DNA of 52,469 nucleotides from an uncultured bacterium. GTDB taxonomy: Bacteria; Zixibacteria; MSB-5A5; UBA10806. Under the pieces are notes generated by a model that saw only the letters and a program-made list of their open reading frames with translations, made no database searches and was not told the DNA's origin. The position numbers and the translations under genes are program-made. Within the stretch, counting starts at the first letter, position 1, and every line of letters starts with the position of its first letter. The stretch covers positions 1-52,469 of the forward strand of contig CBFCYP010000003.1 of assembly GCA_965602185.1 (NCBI GenBank), read 5' to 3'. Shown piece after piece: positions 48,299-52,469 of this stretch.

Positions 48299-49804
48299 AT
48301 GAACTTCGCTATTATGAGCGATAGTGAAAAAATCTACAGGTCGATGAATTTATCGGATTTGTTCGCGGGATTAAACGTCAAATTATCCGATGAAAGCGGG
48401 AAACTGAAGTTAAGCGGTATCACTGTTGATTCGCGTACCGTTCAACCCGGGAATTTATTTATAGGGGTTCCCGGCCATTCACAGGATGGCAGGCAGTATA
48501 TTTCAGAAGCCGTATCATTGGGAGCCTCCGCCGTACTAACCGTTGCCGGCAAAGATATAATCGCGGGCGTTCCGGTAATTTTGGCGGACGATTTAAAAGA
48601 AATATTACCCCTAATCGCAAACCGTTTTTATGATTTTCCGTCGGAAAAGATCAAAGTATCGGGGGTAACCGGAACAAACGGCAAGACCACGACAATCTAT
48701 TTGATCGCGGCCATCTTCGATTCCGTCGGGGAAAAATGGGGAAAAATCGGAACCGTCGGTTATGATACGGGTTCGAGAGTCGTACCGGCGCAGAACACCA
48801 CCCCGGGACCGCTTGATATCCGGAAATTGCTGACCGAGATGGTGGAGAATGATCTGGACGGCTGCGCCATGGAAGTATCGTCACACGCCCTCGAGCAGGG
48901 AAGATCCGACGGGATAAATTTTTATTCCGCGACCTTCACGAATTTAACCCAGGACCATCTTGATTATCACGAGAATATGGAAAAGTACTTTTTGGCAAAG
49001 GCCGGATTGTTCGAGAACGCCGCACGTTCAATTATTAATATCGATGATGACTATGGCAGAAAACTTCTAAAGCGAATCGCAGGCGATATTATTACCTATA
49101 GTTTTAAACAGAAAGCCGACCTGGAATGTAAAGCGATAAGTGCCGATATCGATTCGTCGCTGCTGCAATTCAGATATAAAGACGAACTTCTACAATTCAG
49201 GTTTCCATTACCGGGGATATTCAATCATCTGAATGCGGCCGCCGCCGGGGCCACGGCTTTATCGTTTGATCTTTCGCTGGATGATATAACGAATGGTTTA
49301 TCTCAGGCAACTACGGTTCCAGGAAGGATGCAGGCGGTATCGATGGGACAGCCCTTCGGCGTATATGTTGATTACGCTCATACCCCCGGCGCCCTGGAAA
49401 ACCTTCTTAAAAGCATAAGGAGTTTCGAGCCCGATCATATTCATATTGTCTTCGGCTGCGGCGGGGATCGCGATGTAACAAAACGTCCCCTGATGGCCGA
49501 GGCGGCGACGAAGTACGCGGACTATGTGTATCTCACGTCGGATAACCCGAGGACCGAAGATCCCGAAAAAATTATTAAAGATACGCTGGCGGGTATAACG
49601 GATAAAAAAAGATGCAGTGTAATTGAGGACAGGGCCCTGGCCATCAAAGCCGCAATTGCGTCGGCCGGAGCCGGCGATATCGTGGTGATCGCCGGCAAGG
49701 GCCACGAGGAATATCAGATCGTGGGCGCCGTAAAAAAATATTTTTCGGATATTGAAGCGGTGAAATCTGAACTGCGAAAGCTTGGCTATGAAAATAATGG
49801 CTGA
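48299..49804 (+). CDS. murE: UDP-MurNAc-tripeptide ligase (mDAP-adding)
   Basis: TGTNGKTT, MEVSSH, TNLTQDHLDYH, DYAHTP, DNPR (DAP motif), GKGHE. Confidence 0.96.
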   Translation: MNFAIMSDSEKIYRSMNLSDLFAGLNVKLSDESGKLKLSGITVDSRTVQPGNLFIGVPGHSQDGRQYISEAVSLGASAVLTVAGKDIIAGVPVILADDLKEILPLIANRFYDFPSEKIKVSGVTGTNGKTTTIYLIAAIFDSVGEKWGKIGTVGYDTGSRVVPAQNTTPGPLDIRKLLTEMVENDLDGCAMEVSSHALEQGRSDGINFYSATFTNLTQDHLDYHENMEKYFLAKAGLFENAARSIINIDDDYGRKLLKRIAGDIITYSFKQKADLECKAISADIDSSLLQFRYKDELLQFRFPLPGIFNHLNAAAAGATALSFDLSLDDITNGLSQATTVPGRMQAVSMGQPFGVYVDYAHTPGALENLLKSIRSFEPDHIHIVFGCGGDRDVTKRPLMAEAATKYADYVYLTSDNPRTEDPEKIIKDTLAGITDKKRCSVIEDRALAIKAAIASAGAGDIVVIAGKGHEEYQIVGAVKKYFSDIEAVKSELRKLGYENNG

Positions 49805-51176
49805 AAAAAAAGACATGATGTTTACCGCGGGTGAAATCGGCGAAATTCTGGGGGCGAAAACGGAGGGGGCCCCCGAATTTCGCCGCGCTCCCATATCGGG
49901 AGTAAAGATCGACAGCCGGCTGGTTAAAAGCGGGGATCTCTTTATAGCGATAAAGGGAGAGAATCGCGACGGCCACGATTACGTAAATTCCGCCTTTGAC
50001 AACGGGGCGGTGGCGGCGGTGGTTTTAAAGGAAACAGCCGTAAGCAGGGATATCACGGGTAATAATCTGTTTATGGTCGAAGATACCGTTTATGCCCTGG
50101 GCGAAATAGCCAAATATTATAGAAGTAAAATGCCCGCGGAAGTAATTGCCATTACCGGTTCAAACGGCAAGACCACGGTGAAAAATATGGTTTATGAAAT
50201 AATATCGCGTAAATCGTCATCGATAAAATCTCAGGGGAATTATAACAATTTCTTCGGTCTACCTCTTTCAATATTTCAACTTAAAGACAAAACCGATTAT
50301 GCTGTTTTTGAGCTCGGTATGAGTCGCAAAGGAGAAATCTCGCGACTCGGCGAAATATCCTCGCCCGATATGGGCGTTATAACCAATGTGGGGCCGGTGC
50401 ATCTTGAATTTTTTAATAATCTGGAGGAGATAGCGTCGGCGAAACTGGAAATTGTAGACAAAATAAAATCCGGGGGCGCCCTGATTGTAAACGGAGACGA
50501 TGATTTTTTACGCGAGGTTAAAACACGCCAAAATTTAGAGTTAATAAAATTCGGATTATCTTATAACAATGATATATATCCTACCGGCCTGGAATTCGAC
50601 GAAAACCAGCTGCCCCGCTTTAAAATTAACGGTACCGATTTCAGGTCAGCCTTTCCGGGAGTTCAAAATGTTTACAATGCGGTTGCGGCATATAGCGTTG
50701 CGGTTGCGGAGGGCATTGATCCGTTAACCGCGGCGGAAGCGATTAATGGTTCTCAGCCGGAGGGGATGAGATCCCGGGTGTTCCATAAATCCGGAATATT
50801 ATATTTCATAGATTGTTACAACGCCAACCCGGTATCGATGAAATACGCCATCGATTCTCTGGCATTGATGAAATGCGGCGGCAGGAGAATAGCGGTACTG
50901 GGGGACATGCTCGAACTGGGGAAAAGTTCCGAGCTATATCACCGGGAGATCGGCAAATACGCGAAAAAGGCCGGAATCGATCACGTGATGGCATATGGAG
51001 AATTATCGGGGAACCTGATAGCCGAATTCGGGAAAAATGGCGAACATTTCAACGATAAAATGAAACTTTATTCGAGATTGAAAAGCCTGGTAAAAAAGGG
51101 CGATCTGGTTCTATTCAAGGGATCGAGAGGTATGGCTTTAGAAGAGATAGCCGACAGAATTATGGAAGCGGCATAA
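49782..51176 (+). CDS. murF: UDP-MurNAc-tripeptide--D-Ala-D-Ala ligase
   Basis: TGSNGKTTVK, NYNN, ELGMS, DCYNANP.SM, LGDMLELG, KGSRG. True start may be ATG 49797. Confidence 0.95.
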   Translation: MAMKIMAEKKDMMFTAGEIGEILGAKTEGAPEFRRAPISGVKIDSRLVKSGDLFIAIKGENRDGHDYVNSAFDNGAVAAVVLKETAVSRDITGNNLFMVEDTVYALGEIAKYYRSKMPAEVIAITGSNGKTTVKNMVYEIISRKSSSIKSQGNYNNFFGLPLSIFQLKDKTDYAVFELGMSRKGEISRLGEISSPDMGVITNVGPVHLEFFNNLEEIASAKLEIVDKIKSGGALIVNGDDDFLREVKTRQNLELIKFGLSYNNDIYPTGLEFDENQLPRFKINGTDFRSAFPGVQNVYNAVAAYSVAVAEGIDPLTAAEAINGSQPEGMRSRVFHKSGILYFIDCYNANPVSMKYAIDSLALMKCGGRRIAVLGDMLELGKSSELYHREIGKYAKKAGIDHVMAYGELSGNLIAEFGKNGEHFNDKMKLYSRLKSLVKKGDLVLFKGSRGMALEEIADRIMEAA

Positions 51177-51177
51177 G

Positions 51178-52263
51178 ATGTTATATCATTTACTGTTTCC
51201 TCTCAGCGAGTATATTTCGGGCTTCAACCTGTTCAAATACATAACCTTCAGGACCGCTTACGCGACGGTTACCGCCATGCTTATAAGTTTTATTTTCGGG
51301 GCGGTGTTTATAAAACTGCTGCAAAAATATCATATGAAGGAAAGCGTCAGGGACGACGGCCCGAAAACGCATCTGGCAAAGGAAGGAACTCCCACTATGG
51401 GAGGGCTTCTGGTTTTGATATCTATCGTACTTCCGACACTTCTATGGGCTGACTTATCGAATCGCTATATTCTGATAATTCTATTTGTCACGGTCTGGAT
51501 GGGCGGCCTCGGTTTCATGGATGATTATCTGAAGGCGAAACTGAAACAGGGAAAGGGGATGGTGGCCCGGAAAAAATTCATAGGGCAGGTCGCCCTGGGA
51601 ATAATTCTCGGTTTGTATCTTTACTGGTATCCGCCGGACGCGAATTTCGGAACCAGCACCGACCTCCCGTTTATCAAGGATATATATCTTGAATTCGGTT
51701 TATTCTACATTCCTTTTGTTGTTATTGTCCTTACGGGCTCATCAAATGCCGTTAACCTGACCGACGGCCTGGACGGGCTCGCAATCGGGCTGGTGGGAAT
51801 CTGCGCCATTACGTTCGCGGGATTATGCTATGTAACCGGACGCGTTGATTTCTCCGGATACCTTGATATACGCTACCTCAGCAGCGCCGGTGAATTAACC
51901 ATTTTTTGCGGCGCTTTATTGGGTGCCTGCCTGGGATTTTTATGGTTTAATTCAAATCCGGCGAAAGTATTCATGGGCGATACCGGCGCCCTCGCCCTGG
52001 GGGGAGCCCTGGGAGCGCTGGCGCTTTTGATTAAAAAAGAATTTTTGCTGGTCATAATGGGCGGCGTTTTCGTTATGGAGGCGGCCTCGGTTATAGTCCA
52101 GGTTATGTATTTTAAGGCCACCGGGACCCGTATATTTAAAATGGCCCCTCTGCATCATCATTTCGAGCTGAAAGGCTGGAAAGAACAGCAGGTGGTAGTA
52201 AGATTCTGGATAATAGGTATAATTTTCGCTTTGATAGCCTTGAGCACTTTGAAAATAAGATGA
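51178..52263 (+). CDS. mraY: Phospho-MurNAc-pentapeptide transferase
   Basis: GTPTMGG, DDYLK, NAVNLTDGLDGL, FMGDTG, MAPLHHHFE. Confidence 0.97.
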   Translation: MLYHLLFPLSEYISGFNLFKYITFRTAYATVTAMLISFIFGAVFIKLLQKYHMKESVRDDGPKTHLAKEGTPTMGGLLVLISIVLPTLLWADLSNRYILIILFVTVWMGGLGFMDDYLKAKLKQGKGMVARKKFIGQVALGIILGLYLYWYPPDANFGTSTDLPFIKDIYLEFGLFYIPFVVIVLTGSSNAVNLTDGLDGLAIGLVGICAITFAGLCYVTGRVDFSGYLDIRYLSSAGELTIFCGALLGACLGFLWFNSNPAKVFMGDTGALALGGALGALALLIKKEFLLVIMGGVFVMEAASVIVQVMYFKATGTRIFKMAPLHHHFELKGWKEQQVVVRFWIIGIIFALIALSTLKIR

Positions 52264-52469
52264 AATTCGATCTTAACAACAAACGCGTCTCGATTTTGGG
52301 CGCCGGAAAGACCGGGATAGCGACCGCCGAAAAAGTAAAAAATATCGGCGGAATCCCTCTTGTGAGCGATTCCGGGAACATCGATGAGAATGCCCTGGAT
52401 TGGCTTAAAGAGAGTGAAATAAAATTTGAATCCGGTGGTCACAGCGACGCCGTTTTGGATTGCGATCTA
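52260..52469 (+). CDS. murD: UDP-MurNAc-L-Ala--D-Glu ligase, N-terminal part (cut by window end)
   Basis: ATGA overlap with the mraY stop; MKFDLNNKRVSILGAGKTGIATA...VSD...ESGGH. Confidence 0.85.
   Translation, partial: MKFDLNNKRVSILGAGKTGIATAEKVKNIGGIPLVSDSGNIDENALDWLKESEIKFESGGHSDAVLDCDL

Overview
Bacterial chromosomal window, most likely from an uncultured anaerobic FCB-group-related lineage such as Zixibacteria. This is an inference from the many proteins ending in a YPNPFN...KxMLLLK-type T9SS C-terminal sorting domain (CTD). The left ~19.5 kb is accessory: a broken sensor-kinase/DASS-transporter junction, two tandem T9SS cargo paralogues, a long KamA radical-SAM enzyme, small hypotheticals, and a 4-kb hotspot (9.26-13.07 kb) of REP/REPIN-like palindromes bracketing GC-rich genes (an FG-GAP T9SS cargo and an SDR threonine dehydrogenase). 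It also holds a TIGR00300 protein, a PorV-SPOR fusion, a promoter/terminator-bounded ~130-nt putative sRNA and a DUF362/polyferredoxin pair. The right part is mostly core: valS, DUF4139, a TPR lipoprotein, priA, an HD protein, purM and gpmI. Next come an lnt-porZ-like-GNAT-deacetylase-glycosyltransferase (incl. GT-C) operon, a gingipain-like C25 peptidase and the start of the dcw cluster (mraZ rsmH ftsL ftsI murE murF mraY murD'). The most notable leads are: a possible T9SS cargo-anchor glycan operon coupled to PorZ; a PorV-SPOR fusion sharing sigma54/IHF promoter architecture with the C25 protease; a covarying inverted-doublet repeat family flanking a gene; and an orphan structured sRNA containing a Rex-like palindrome. 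No tRNA, rRNA, CRISPR array, transposase or integrase was recognised. All calls are by eye, without database searches.
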